Below are positions 1-9,245 of a stretch of 32,000 nucleotides of DNA, piece after piece. Each line of letters begins with the position of its first letter. Within the stretch, counting starts at the first letter, position 1. The notes below the pieces were generated by a model. The model had not been told where the DNA came from, made no database searches, and was given only the letters and a program-made list of their open reading frames with translations. Source of the stretch: Sinorhizobium meliloti (lineage in GTDB: Bacteria > Pseudomonadota > Alphaproteobacteria > Rhizobiales > Rhizobiaceae); contig NZ_JAGIOS010000002.1 of the NCBI RefSeq assembly GCF_017876815.1, positions 540,001 through 572,000 on the forward strand, written 5' to 3'. Both the position numbers and the translations under genes were made by a program.

Positions 1-102
1 GACTTCGAGCGAGACCTCGCGAACCGGCACCCATTCGGAGGCACTTGTGGCCGGGGCAAGCCAGGTGCAAAGCAGCGCCGCCGCGAGCGATCGCCTCCTC
101 AT
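1..102 (-). CDS. 5' end of an exported protein (partial, continues past the window start)
   Basis: The ATG at 102..100 overlaps the TGA (101..99) of the upstream GT2 gene (ATGA coupling). It translates to MRRRSLAAALLCTWLAPATSASEWVPVREVSLEV, which has a basic n-region, a hydrophobic core and an A-x-A-like site, so it looks like a signal peptide. It is open-ended and therefore absent from the ORF track. Confidence 0.45.
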   Translation of the reverse strand, partial: MRRRSLAAALLCTWLAPATSASEWVPVREVSLEV

Positions 103-1142
103 GCCGTCTTTCCGAGGGCCGGTTCACCGAGAGAGGATTCCCCGAGAGAGGGCTTTCCGAGGATCGTGCTTTCGATCGGCTCGGCAGGCAGCCGCCGGCT
201 TCGCAGGAAGCCTACAGGAAGGGCCGCCGCATGGAAGAACCAGGCGACGACCGTATAGAGACCCATGCTGAGGCCGCCTTTTCGGAAGCTGACGGCAAGA
301 ACGGCGACCGCGAAACTCGCGCAGACGGCGGCGAGGGCCAGGAGCGTATCAGGCAGCAGCAGGATCAGGCCGAGACAGGCGAGCCACCAGAGATAGATGA
401 GACCCCAGAGTTTCAGCTCCGGCAGTTCCTGCAGAAGCTGAAAGAAATAGGGCTTGCCGAGAGAAGCGCGCAGTAGCTCGCCGATCCCGTAGAGATATTT
501 GGTCTTCCAGCGGCGAACGAGCAGCCGGTAGGAATTGACCGTGTGGCCGAAGTGCTGGACGAAACGGCGGTCGAGCCGGTAAAGCCTCCAGCCGGCACTT
601 CTGAGGCGAATGCCGAGGTCGAATTCCTCGTAGCCGTGCAGGTTGCGGTCCGAGAGGTAGCCGACGTCCTCGATGGCACTGCGCCTGTAGAGCCCGCCGC
701 CGTTCATGCGGTCGATCGGACCCGTCCGGTTCTCGGGCGCATTGCGGCTGACGCGGCGCGCGAATTCGAGATTCGAGATGTGCATCTCCTCCACATGTCC
801 GGTAACGCCCGCCATGGTCGGATGGTCGGCAAGGAAGCGGACGGCGTCTTTGAGGAAGGCAGCGTCGAGCAGCATGTCGCCGTCGATGAGACAGACGTAA
901 TCATGACGGGAATGCTGGAAGCCGAGCTGCGGGCCGATGCCGCAGCTCGGTCGCGCGGGCGGGGCGATCTGTGCGATGATGACGGGATATTGCGAGGCGA
1001 TCTCGACCGTGCGGTCGCAGGAGCCGCTGTCGGCGATGATGACCTCGCCGCCCGTGTCCTGAAGCGCCGCAAGCGCGCTCTCGACGGTTGCGGCAATCCG
1101 CTTCTCTTCATTCAATGTCTTGATGATGATGGATATGGTCAA
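99..1142 (-). CDS. Family 2 glycosyltransferase with a C-terminal membrane domain
   Basis: This is the ORF 99..1292. The text ISIIIKTLNEEKRI..VIIADSGSCDRT..LIDGDM shows a GT-A fold start and a DxD motif. The C-terminal part is hydrophobic. My preferred start is the TTG at 1142, which is preceded by GGGGG and avoids a 95-nt overlap with the VanZ-like gene. The maximal ORF start is 1292. Confidence 0.85.
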   Translation of the reverse strand: MTISIIIKTLNEEKRIAATVESALAALQDTGGEVIIADSGSCDRTVEIASQYPVIIAQIAPPARPSCGIGPQLGFQHSRHDYVCLIDGDMLLDAAFLKDAVRFLADHPTMAGVTGHVEEMHISNLEFARRVSRNAPENRTGPIDRMNGGGLYRRSAIEDVGYLSDRNLHGYEEFDLGIRLRSAGWRLYRLDRRFVQHFGHTVNSYRLLVRRWKTKYLYGIGELLRASLGKPYFFQLLQELPELKLWGLIYLWWLACLGLILLLPDTLLALAAVCASFAVAVLAVSFRKGGLSMGLYTVVAWFFHAAALPVGFLRSRRLPAEPIESTILGKPSLGESSLGEPALGKTA

Positions 1143-1197
1143 GAGAGCCCCCAAAATCGTGCAGCGAAAATCTATCCGCGGTAGTTTGCGCTTTGGT

Positions 1198-1560
1198 TCA
1201 TGCCCGCGATTTTCGGCTGGAACCGGGCAAAAGGCTGACAAGCAGCCAACCGGCGCCGACACCGCAGCCGGCCCCCGCCACTTTGACCGCAAGGTCTATC
1301 AACCGGGCATGGCGGTCGGCGGCGAGCATCTGCGTGAGTTCCAGCCCGATTGCCGCCGCGAGCATAGCCGCCAGAACGGCGAGCACGTGCCGGGGATAGG
1401 CGATCGCGAACATGAGACCCGTCAGCCCGAATGCCCCGAACCGTTCAATCTGCACCGAGCTGCCCATGTGCGGGCGCAGATCGAGCGGAGAGAGGGTCGA
1501 ATAGGCAATGACGCCAAGAAGGAGCCACGCAAGAACGGATGCGATGCGCCTGGCATTCAT
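1198..1560 (-). CDS. VanZ-like small membrane protein
   Basis: It is a 120-aa ORF with 3-4 hydrophobic helices (LAWLLLGVIAYSTLSP..; FGAFGLTGLMFAIAY). Its ATG overlaps the stop of the upstream GT4 gene (ATGA at 1557-1560). The family call is from general resemblance only. Confidence 0.6.
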   Translation of the reverse strand: MNARRIASVLAWLLLGVIAYSTLSPLDLRPHMGSSVQIERFGAFGLTGLMFAIAYPRHVLAVLAAMLAAAIGLELTQMLAADRHARLIDLAVKVAGAGCGVGAGWLLVSLLPGSSRKSRA

Positions 1561-2813
1561 TTCGTCACGGCCCGGTAAACGTCTAGCGTCTTCAGTGCCA
1601 CGCTCGACCAGCTATAGACGGCTTCGACGCGCTCGGTCTGCGCGAGCACCTCTTGTTCGTCGGGGGGATTGGCGATCTTTTCGGCTATGGCAGAGGAAAG
1701 CGCGTCGACGTTCCCCAGCGGAAAATAATCGCCGGCGGGCAGGCCGAGCTGCCGGTTGGCAACGATGTCGCTTGCCAGAACCGGGAGGCCATGGGCCATC
1801 GCCTCCAGAAGCGCGATCGGCATGCCTTCGTGGCTCGACGGCAGCACGAAGAGCGCCGCATTGGCGAAGAGTTCCGCCAGGCGATCGCCGGTCTGGAACC
1901 CCGTCAGGACGACGCCCGGCACGCGGCTGGCCAGCGCCCGTACCTCCTCTTCGTAGACGCCCGCGAATTCCGCACCGCCCGCAAGCACGAGATCGAATCC
2001 GCTATTTCCAAGTTTTGCATATGCCTGGATGAGATCGATCTGCCGCTTCTCCGGAACAAGCCGCGCCGCAAGCAGGATATAGCGCCGTCGCGTCAGACGG
2101 AATTCGCCGAGAATGCCGGTTTCGCTGCTGGAGCGCGAAACGGTGACGCCATTCGGCACCAAAGACACCGGTACGCGATAGCGTTCGCCCATCGTGTCGG
2201 CGATATCCCTGGAGATTGCGATGCGGCCTTGCGCGAGCCGCATGCCCATGCGTTCACCCGCTCGCAACATCCTTCTGGCGAAAGCCCCCCATTTCTGTCG
2301 GTCGTAGTCGTAGCCGTGGTGGGTCACAACGACGTTCAGGCGCATCAGCCGGGCGAGCGGTACCAGGAGCGCCGGGCCGACGGCGTGGATGTGCAGGATA
2401 TCCGGGCGCCGCAGCGCCGCATAGCATACACCGAGGAAGGTATGGACGATGGCCTCGAGCGCCATCATACGTGGAGACCACAGGGGAGTGACGCGAATTC
2501 CATTCCAGGAATGCGGCGCAGGAACCGCAAGATAGCGCCGGCGTCCGACCACCTCGACATCCCAACCATGCGCGATCAACCTGCCTGCGAGCATCTCCAC
2601 GTGCTTTTCGACGCCGCCCTGAACGTTCGGAATGCCACGAAGCCCGAGCATCATCACGCGGCGGCGCTCGATCGGCAGTTCACGATAGACGCTTGCAGGC
2701 ATGCTCGCGGTTGCGCCGCCCGGCATTGCCGGGGCATCCGGCCCTGCCGAAGGTCGATCTCGGGAAACTCCCGATGCTCTGCTCATGGTTGTTGCGCCCC
2801 AGCGATAACCCAA
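1557..2813 (-). CDS. Family 4 (GT-B, group 1) glycosyltransferase
   Basis: VMMLGLRGIPNVQGGVEKHV is a typical GT4 N-terminus. The C-terminal EGMPIALLEAMAHGLPVLASD matches the E-x7-E region. The start is uncertain; internal ATGs at 2786 and 2702 are possible. Confidence 0.88.
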   Translation of the reverse strand: MGYRWGATTMSRASGVSRDRPSAGPDAPAMPGGATASMPASVYRELPIERRRVMMLGLRGIPNVQGGVEKHVEMLAGRLIAHGWDVEVVGRRRYLAVPAPHSWNGIRVTPLWSPRMMALEAIVHTFLGVCYAALRRPDILHIHAVGPALLVPLARLMRLNVVVTHHGYDYDRQKWGAFARRMLRAGERMGMRLAQGRIAISRDIADTMGERYRVPVSLVPNGVTVSRSSSETGILGEFRLTRRRYILLAARLVPEKRQIDLIQAYAKLGNSGFDLVLAGGAEFAGVYEEEVRALASRVPGVVLTGFQTGDRLAELFANAALFVLPSSHEGMPIALLEAMAHGLPVLASDIVANRQLGLPAGDYFPLGNVDALSSAIAEKIANPPDEQEVLAQTERVEAVYSWSSVALKTLDVYRAVTK

Positions 2814-2924
2814 TTCGCATCTTTTACGAGCAGAACACTTACCATCCCGGTAAGAAGGTCATTAGATTCGTAGAGGTCTGACCGAAAATCAGACGGCGAT
2901 GGGCGGCGATTGCGAAATGGCCTG

Positions 2925-3062
2925 GACGGATGCATGCCTCCGTCATCCCTGTGCTTGTCACAGGGATCCAGCAGCGCCGCGTCTGTGGCGGGGGAAGAGT
3001 TCTTTCAGCCCAAGGACTTGGGCTGGCTGGATTCCGGTGACGGGCACAGGAATGAGGATCGG
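2925..3062. repeat. Nested palindromic intergenic element (rhizobial RIME/Sm-repeat-like)
   Basis: The left arm tcatccctgtgcttgtcacagggatccagcagc (2943-2975) pairs with the right arm gctggctggattccggtgacgggcacaggaatgagga (3022-3058). There is a central palindrome cagcccaaggacttgggctg. A half copy is present at 14811-14839. Confidence 0.75.
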
Positions 3063-3072
3063 ATGAGAAGCC

Positions 3073-4302
3073 TCAGGCCGCGCCGATTTCCCCATAAAGA
3101 TCGAGCGTCCTCTCGCGGTAGGCGGCGGCGGAGAATTCGCTCGCGACCCAGGACCGGGCGGCCGCCCCCATGCGGGCGCGTTCCCCGGGCGAAAGGGCGG
3201 CCATTTCGCGCAGGGCCCTGGCGAGGTCCCCGGCATCTCCTGGAGCCGCAAGCAGACCGGTCTCGCCTTCCTTGACCATTTCCGGAATCCCGCCGATCGC
3301 CGCGCCGATCACCGGGCGCTGGAGCGCGTAGGTTTCAAGCACGCTGATGGGGGCGTTTTCGTACCATTCCGACGGCAGCACGAGCGCGCGGGACTCGCCG
3401 ATCAGCCTGTGCAGCTTCTCGCCCGAGAGATAGCCGGCGAAGGTCACGTCCGCCTTGAGCTCGGCCGCGAGGCTGCGAAGGGTCTGCTCCTCCGGACCGG
3501 TGCCGGCGATGACCAGCCGCTGGTTCGACAAAGCCGCCGCCCTGATCAGGGTCGCGAGGCCCTTTTCCGGCGCCAAGCGGCCGGCAAAGGCGAAATAATC
3601 GCCCTCCTGCCAATCACCGGAAAGAGCCGTGACATCGACGAAATTGGGGATGTGAACCATCTTCTCGCGGGGCCAGCCCCATTCGGCGAGCTTTTCCAGA
3701 TAGAATCGGCTTGGCACGACCAGCCGGTCCACCTTGTCGCGGTAGAGCCCGAGCAAGCGGTGCAGCACCGTTTCGGCGAGCACCACCGCGCTCAGAGGGG
3801 CCGAACCCTTGACGCAGCGATGGCGCAGGACATTGTAGACCCTGCCGCCGCGGCAGTCCTCGCATACCCGGCCGTCCCGCAGCATCTTGTAGGAGGGGCA
3901 GGCGAGCTTCAGGTCGTGGACCGTCATCACCACCGGAATGCCGGCGGCTTTCAGGGTCGAGAAGATCGCCGGCGACAGGTGATGATAGACATTGTGCGCA
4001 TGGGCGACCGAAGGGCGGGCGCGGTCGATGAGCCTGCCGAGATTGCGCTGCGCCTCGAGCGAATAGATGACGCTCGCCGCCTGGACGGCCTTGCGAAGGA
4101 GACCGGTGCGGCGGCCGTATTCTATCTCCGAAACGAAATAATCCGACCAGGGCGAGAATTCGTTGAGTTCGTGGTGCATGGCGAAGGGGACGATGTCCCA
4201 GCCGATCTCGCCGAACATGCTCATATGGTCGAAGAACACCGCCTCCGCTCCGCCGCGGCGGTAGAAATAGTTGTTGATCGCAAGAAGGCGCTTCCCGGTC
4301 AC
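3073..4302 (-). CDS. Family 4 (GT-B) glycosyltransferase
   Basis: It is a 409-aa ORF. The GTG start is preceded by AAGGAGG with a 5-nt spacer. The N-terminus reads KRLLAINNYFYRRGGAE, there is a Cys-rich block CPSYK..CEDCRGG..RHRCVKGS, and the C-terminus reads PSEWYENAPISVLETYALQRPVIGAAIGGIPE. Confidence 0.9.
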   Translation of the reverse strand: MTGKRLLAINNYFYRRGGAEAVFFDHMSMFGEIGWDIVPFAMHHELNEFSPWSDYFVSEIEYGRRTGLLRKAVQAASVIYSLEAQRNLGRLIDRARPSVAHAHNVYHHLSPAIFSTLKAAGIPVVMTVHDLKLACPSYKMLRDGRVCEDCRGGRVYNVLRHRCVKGSAPLSAVVLAETVLHRLLGLYRDKVDRLVVPSRFYLEKLAEWGWPREKMVHIPNFVDVTALSGDWQEGDYFAFAGRLAPEKGLATLIRAAALSNQRLVIAGTGPEEQTLRSLAAELKADVTFAGYLSGEKLHRLIGESRALVLPSEWYENAPISVLETYALQRPVIGAAIGGIPEMVKEGETGLLAAPGDAGDLARALREMAALSPGERARMGAAARSWVASEFSAAAYRERTLDLYGEIGAA

Positions 4303-4312
4303 CAGAGCCTCC

Positions 4313-5068
4313 TTACCAACCGATCCGGTCAGCGGCGCTGTCGACGGGAAGGATGCAGCATCCCTTTTCGACGGCGTAGCGGACCAGATGATCGAAGCTG
4401 TCGGGGGTGCAGCCGTAGTTTGTGGGCTGCGCGGCGATATCGTGAGTGAAGAAGATCAGCCAGCCGGGACGCTCGGCGACATCGTCTATCCAGCGCGTCA
4501 GCGCGCGCGCCCCATCCTCCGGCTGGCGGATCTCTACGCCTTTGAGCATCATCGGGTCGACGGCACCGCGGTTGATGTCCTCGCCCCCTGCCCGGCAGGT
4601 TCGGTAGCGGCGGCGGAGTTCGGCCCGTGCGGACGGCCAGGCAGCGTTGTAGGGGAATGCAAAATTCGATGCCGCCGGCGAGACGCCGACGCCCTTCAGG
4701 TACTCGGCATTGCGGTCGAGATCGGCGCCGAGCCCGGCAATTTCGCGCAATCTTCGGTGGGCGAAGGTGTGACAGCCGATTTCGTGTCCGCGCGCGAGCA
4801 ACTCGCTGCACCCTTCGGGCGTGATCAGGCTTCGATCCGGCTCCACCTGCCCGGCAAGCCCGCCCGCTATATAGAAGGTGCCGCGGACTCCATACTTCTC
4901 GAGGATGGCTGCGCCCGCCCCAAGCGCGCTGTCGGGGACATCGTCGAAGGTGAAGGAGACGAGCGGAACCTTAGTCTCCAACTCGCGCCGGGCTCCAGCC
5001 AGCTTCCAGATCGCCCGGTTCGCCAGCCTGTCGACAAGCGGACCGAACCCACTCAGCTTCTCAAGCAT
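4313..5068 (-). CDS. Polysaccharide deacetylase (NodB homology / CE4 family)
   Basis: FTFDDVPDS matches the TFDD motif and GCHTFAHRR is a His-His metal motif. It overlaps the Wzy-like gene by 8 nt and lies 10 nt upstream of the GT4 start. Confidence 0.85.
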   Translation of the reverse strand: MLEKLSGFGPLVDRLANRAIWKLAGARRELETKVPLVSFTFDDVPDSALGAGAAILEKYGVRGTFYIAGGLAGQVEPDRSLITPEGCSELLARGHEIGCHTFAHRRLREIAGLGADLDRNAEYLKGVGVSPAASNFAFPYNAAWPSARAELRRRYRTCRAGGEDINRGAVDPMMLKGVEIRQPEDGARALTRWIDDVAERPGWLIFFTHDIAAQPTNYGCTPDSFDHLVRYAVEKGCCILPVDSAADRIGW

Positions 5069-6392
5069 GCGCTACCCTCCCCTGGCGAGCGCGTGCAGGA
5101 GCAGCCGCCAGTTCCGCGCTCGACTGCAACGACAGTCCATAGAGTGCGACCATGAATGTGAACCACAGAAGGCTCCCCCCCTCGAAGAAGAGACTTTCGA
5201 GGCCGGCGTTGAAGATCGTGTAGAGCCATATGCGTACGAACAGCCTCGTCAGATGCGAATGCTCGCGCTCCGGAGCAATGCGGGCGATCTTTCTAAGCGG
5301 CAGGAAAAGGATCCAGATCAGGGTCAGGGCAAGGCCCGGGAAGCCCGTCATCAGGGCAATGTCGAGATAGGAATTGTGACCGTTGGCGGCAGCGACGGCC
5401 CAGGTCTCGACCGAGCCGCCGCTATAGACCAGTTCTTCCGTCTGCCAGAAGGCCTTGAAGCCATAGCCTGTGAGAGGCTGTTCGGCGAGCGCGCCGAAGG
5501 CGAAGCGCCAGATATCGGCGCGATTGGTAAAGGTCGCATCGATGCCGAGCCCGCTGATGAAATCGCCGAGCGGGGCGAAGACGGCGGAGCCCACCGCGAA
5601 GAGATTGAAAAGACCGACGCCACCGACGGCAATCGGGATACGAAGAAAGCGCACCTTCTCGAATATGAGCGCGAGCAGCAGAATGGCCGGCAGCATCGCG
5701 GTCGACGTCTTGCCCCCGGTGTTGACGAGGAAGACGAAAGACAGCGCGACAATGACGATCCCGGCAAATCTCGACCAGGTGTTCATGACGTAAAGGCCGA
5801 TGAAGGCTGCGATCACCATGGCGGCCGCGGCGCTGTTCTTGTGGGGAAAGTGGCCGCGCCACAGGCCGGCATTCATCGGCTCGCGCAGTTCTGACGCCTG
5901 ATGGATCGCGAGCTGCGGCTTGAAGACGATGCCGTAATAGGCGACGGCGAGCATGATGAGGATGCCGATGCCGAGCATCTTGGCGAAGTGGCGTTCCGAG
6001 GCGGGCAACAACAGGTAGACGCTGGCATTGACGGTGACCATCAACGCGAGGATCGCACCCTTGATGCCGAGCATCGGATGCGCCGAAACCAGCGAAACGA
6101 AGATGAACCAGGAAAAGAGGATCGCCAGCAGGGCGCGCGGCTGCAGGATCGCTTCCCGCAAAGGGTGCACCAGGCCGTAGCCGAGCATGCCGGTGAAAAG
6201 CAGGAGCGAGATGATCTGGTTCAGCCGGTTGGAATTGCCGGCGGAAGGGTCCAGCACCGCCTCGCCCGTCAGATCCACGAAGGGATTGATGGAGATCCAG
6301 AAGAACAGGAAGATCGCCATGAAGAGCACGGTGCCGACACGCGCCTTCACCGCATTCGTCGGCTCGACCTCTCCGTAGCCCGCGCGATCCAT
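5061..6392 (-). CDS. O-antigen ligase/polymerase-like membrane protein (Wzy-type)
   Basis: It is a 443-aa protein with roughly 10-12 transmembrane helices. The block AAANGHNSYLDIALMTGFPGL is typical of the Wzy_C / O-antigen ligase domain. Confidence 0.8.
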   Translation of the reverse strand: MDRAGYGEVEPTNAVKARVGTVLFMAIFLFFWISINPFVDLTGEAVLDPSAGNSNRLNQIISLLLFTGMLGYGLVHPLREAILQPRALLAILFSWFIFVSLVSAHPMLGIKGAILALMVTVNASVYLLLPASERHFAKMLGIGILIMLAVAYYGIVFKPQLAIHQASELREPMNAGLWRGHFPHKNSAAAAMVIAAFIGLYVMNTWSRFAGIVIVALSFVFLVNTGGKTSTAMLPAILLLALIFEKVRFLRIPIAVGGVGLFNLFAVGSAVFAPLGDFISGLGIDATFTNRADIWRFAFGALAEQPLTGYGFKAFWQTEELVYSGGSVETWAVAAANGHNSYLDIALMTGFPGLALTLIWILFLPLRKIARIAPEREHSHLTRLFVRIWLYTIFNAGLESLFFEGGSLLWFTFMVALYGLSLQSSAELAAAPARARQGRVAHA

Positions 6393-6404
6393 CTCCCGGG
6401 CTCC

Positions 6405-8021
6405 TCAGGCGGCCACGTGGGTCTTGCCGCGAAGAAATTTCCAGAGGCCGAGGGCAAGTGCCGCGGCGATGCCGATTGCGAGACCCAGAAGGCCGCCGCC
6501 GATCAGCAGGATCAAGGTACGCGGGGGCCAGCTTCGCGCATTGGGCGGCAGGGCACGCGAGATGACGCGAATGTTCGTGGTGTCGATCTGCTGGCGTTCG
6601 GTGATCTGCTGCGCGCGTGCCAGATGGGTTTCGTAGATCGCCGCCTTGCTGCGCGCGTCGCGTTCGAGGTCACGAAGCTGCACCTGGGCCTGGTTATCGG
6701 TGAAGACGTTCGACTTTTCGTCATCCGCCTTGCCGCGGAGTGCGTCGAGCGCCTTTTGCTCCCGGTCGAAGTCGGCCTTCGCGCGCTCCAGAATGCGGCG
6801 GGCTTCATCCTTCATCGCGGCTTCCAGCGTCGTGCGCTCCGAGCGCGCGGCGACGAGCCGTGGATGTCGCTCGCCATAGGTAAGCTGCATGGAGCCGATC
6901 TGCTGCTGCAAGGCGTTATACTGCTGGCGCAGATTGGTCATGTTCGCCGACTCGAACACCGAGGCGCTGGCGGTCTGGCCCTCGGCAACAGCCGCGCTCA
7001 TCTGCCAGTAACGCGTTTCCGCCTGGATGAAGCGCTGCTGACCGTCGAGGACCTGTGTGTTGAGCTCGCTCGAAAGCTGGTTGCTGACGAGCTCGCCATT
7101 GGTGGATTGCAGGCCGTTGTCGCGCCGGAAATCCTCGACCCTCTTCTCCGCTTCGGTGACGTTGCGCCGCAGCTCATCGAGTCGTTCATTCAGGTTTTGC
7201 GCTACCCGGCCGGCGCTCTCGGCGGCCGACTGGAAGAGTTCCGCCTCGAAAGCCTCGACGATCGCGTCCGAGAGGGCGATTGCCTTGGCCGGTTCCTCGC
7301 TCCACACCTTCAGGATCACGACGAAGGAGCGTTCCTCCCGGCGCGCCTCGACCCTCTCGGACAAGGCGCGCATCGCCGCTAATTCCTTGTCCGCCTCGGC
7401 GTCCCGCGGGGCGATGAGCGCCTTCAGCCAGTCGAGCAATGTCGGCCTGACGAATTCGGGGTCGTCCGCAAGCCGCATCTCGCCGATGACGCGTTGGAGG
7501 ACGTTGCGCGAGGTCAGTATCCGGAGCTTGCTTTCGACTTCCAGCAATTGCGCGTCGCGCTGCGGATTGGTCGTAAAGACGTCGTCGCTGACGACGTTGA
7601 GATTGGAAGGGTCCACGACGAGGTCGGTATAGACCGTGTATCGCGGCGTCGCCGTCACCGCATAGGCGAAGGCGGCGGCAACCGAAAGGACGAGCGCGAG
7701 CACGATCCAGCGGGCGCCGTTGCGCAGCCACCCGATGAGGTCATTGACCCCGATGCTGCCCAGGAGGTGGAGTTGCGGGAAGAAATCCGCGACGGGGGAA
7801 GGCTGCTTCTCAAGAGCGCGCGCCTGATGGGCGGGGACGGGAATATCCACCACGCGGGCGGAGGTGCCATCCTCCGCCTCGGCGGGAGCCTCCTCGTTAG
7901 CAGCGGGCTCTTCCGTTACCGCGGGCACGAGGTCGAGCAACGACCCTCCGCCCGAGCGAAGGCGCTGATGTGGCCTTTCAAGGCGTAATCCCAGTCCCTC
8001 GGGCTCGCTGCGCCGATACAT
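6405..8021 (-). CDS. Polysaccharide co-polymerase (ExoP/GumC/Wzz-like chain-length determinant) without a kinase domain
   Basis: The Wzz-type N-terminal block PRYTVYTDLVVDP follows TM1. There is a long coiled-coil periplasmic region. A Pro-rich motif (RVISRALPPNARSWPPR) precedes TM2, and the protein ends 12 aa after TM2. I saw no Walker A motif. Confidence 0.85.
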   Translation of the reverse strand: MYRRSEPEGLGLRLERPHQRLRSGGGSLLDLVPAVTEEPAANEEAPAEAEDGTSARVVDIPVPAHQARALEKQPSPVADFFPQLHLLGSIGVNDLIGWLRNGARWIVLALVLSVAAAFAYAVTATPRYTVYTDLVVDPSNLNVVSDDVFTTNPQRDAQLLEVESKLRILTSRNVLQRVIGEMRLADDPEFVRPTLLDWLKALIAPRDAEADKELAAMRALSERVEARREERSFVVILKVWSEEPAKAIALSDAIVEAFEAELFQSAAESAGRVAQNLNERLDELRRNVTEAEKRVEDFRRDNGLQSTNGELVSNQLSSELNTQVLDGQQRFIQAETRYWQMSAAVAEGQTASASVFESANMTNLRQQYNALQQQIGSMQLTYGERHPRLVAARSERTTLEAAMKDEARRILERAKADFDREQKALDALRGKADDEKSNVFTDNQAQVQLRDLERDARSKAAIYETHLARAQQITERQQIDTTNIRVISRALPPNARSWPPRTLILLIGGGLLGLAIGIAAALALGLWKFLRGKTHVAA

Positions 8022-8336
8022 CCGCTTTTCCCCATCCCCTTGGAGCCACCAAGGTGCTTATTGCCGCATAAGCAATTCCCCATGCAGATTTAGGGCCTGC
8101 AGGGTGAATATTCGGTTAAACGGAGGTGTTCGGGGGGTAACCTTTTGGGCGGACCAGCTGGCGTAGGCATCCTCACGCGTCCGGCTGCTGGCCATTCAAA
8201 GCATATCCGCTACGCACCGGATCTCCGAGGGGCGATCGTATTACCCCGACGATTCCCAGGCTGTGCGGAGTGCAAAGTGCCAAAGCGGCGGCCTGCCTAT
8301 CCCACATAACGCACCTATCTCGGTGGAGAGCCGCTC

Positions 8337-9245
8337 TTAGAGGTCGACCAGTTTCTGAACAGCCTCGTCTACGCGGGCTCTGTCACCCGGTCCAAGCGGC
8401 AAGATCGGCCGCGGGGGCAATGCCTGAAAGAGGTTCAGGATGCTCCCGATAGCGTACATCACGCGGAAACTGCCGAACTCCTTAAACAGGGCCCATAGCG
8501 GTTGGAATGCCATGTCGATCCGATGCGCTTCCGCGCGATCGCCCGCTTTCGACGCCCGGGCGAGTTTCGATGCGGGTGCAGGCAAGAGACCGCCGACGAC
8601 GCTGAACCACGCATCGGCACCCGACAGGAGCGCATCTGCTGCGCCCCAATCGCCGCTGTAGCCGATAGCAAAAGCTGCAGACGTGTTCGCACGCAGTCGA
8701 GCGATCTCACCCTCGAAATCGCCGTCGGCGGGCAACGGCATCTTCACCGCGGCAATATTCGGCACTTGCGAGAGCCGTACGATCAGTTCCTCGCTGAAGA
8801 CGAACTTGGTCGTGCCCGGATTATTGTAGATGCAGAGCGGCAAGTCGGAAGCGCCGGCAACGGCAACGAAATGCTGATAAACCTCCTCCTCGGTCAGAGG
8901 CGTGTAGGATACGGGAGCCAGGAGGAGTCCGTCTGCCCCGGCTGCCTTCGCGTCGCGCGCGAGCGCCTGAGCCTCGTCGGTCCTGAGTGCGCCGACGCCG
9001 ACGATGAGGGGAACTCTGCCTCCCACACATTCGACAGCGGTCTCCACTGCCCTTCGCCGTTCACCGCGCGAGAGAAATGCGTAAGCGCCTGTGCTGCCGA
9101 GCAATCCAATCGAGTCCGCGCGTGCTACGCGGATACGCTCGAGCAGTCGCGACAGCGCCTCTTCCGAAACCTTGCCGTCCATATCGGCGGGTGTCGGCGG
9201 GAACGCTGACAGGCCTTCAAACAGAACCGCAGGTGCCATCGTCAT
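8337..9245 (-). CDS. Dihydrodipicolinate synthase / N-acetylneuraminate lyase family class I aldolase
   Basis: It shows the family motifs GSTGAYAFLS (the GxTGE-like motif), IYNNPGTT and AAVKMP (candidate Schiff-base Lys). The substrate cannot be inferred. Confidence 0.8.
   Translation of the reverse strand: MTMAPAVLFEGLSAFPPTPADMDGKVSEEALSRLLERIRVARADSIGLLGSTGAYAFLSRGERRRAVETAVECVGGRVPLIVGVGALRTDEAQALARDAKAAGADGLLLAPVSYTPLTEEEVYQHFVAVAGASDLPLCIYNNPGTTKFVFSEELIVRLSQVPNIAAVKMPLPADGDFEGEIARLRANTSAAFAIGYSGDWGAADALLSGADAWFSVVGGLLPAPASKLARASKAGDRAEAHRIDMAFQPLWALFKEFGSFRVMYAIGSILNLFQALPPRPILPLGPGDRARVDEAVQKLVDL

Noticed and set aside
1653-2873. A 406-aa plus-strand ORF.
   Set aside because: It is entirely antisense to a GT4 gene that has clear family motifs. 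Its product is Arg/Ala/His-rich with no motif. This is a typical shadow ORF of GC-rich DNA.
3409-4449. A 346-aa plus-strand ORF.
   Set aside because: It is antisense to the second GT4 gene. It has low-complexity Arg/Ala/Gly composition and no ribosome-binding site or motif.
5901-7382. A 493-aa plus-strand ORF, the longest alternative ORF in the window.
   Set aside because: It is antisense to the Wzy-like and co-polymerase genes. Its product is extremely Arg/Asp/Glu/Gly-rich with no recognisable domain. The minus-strand genes explain the region.
8056-8073. The inverted repeat gcttat-tgccgc-ataagc and the nearby ccttgg-agcca-ccaagg (8036-8052) upstream of the co-polymerase gene, considered as a possible operator.
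   Set aside because: The stems are only 6 bp and have no second copy in the window. That is insufficient to call a binding site.
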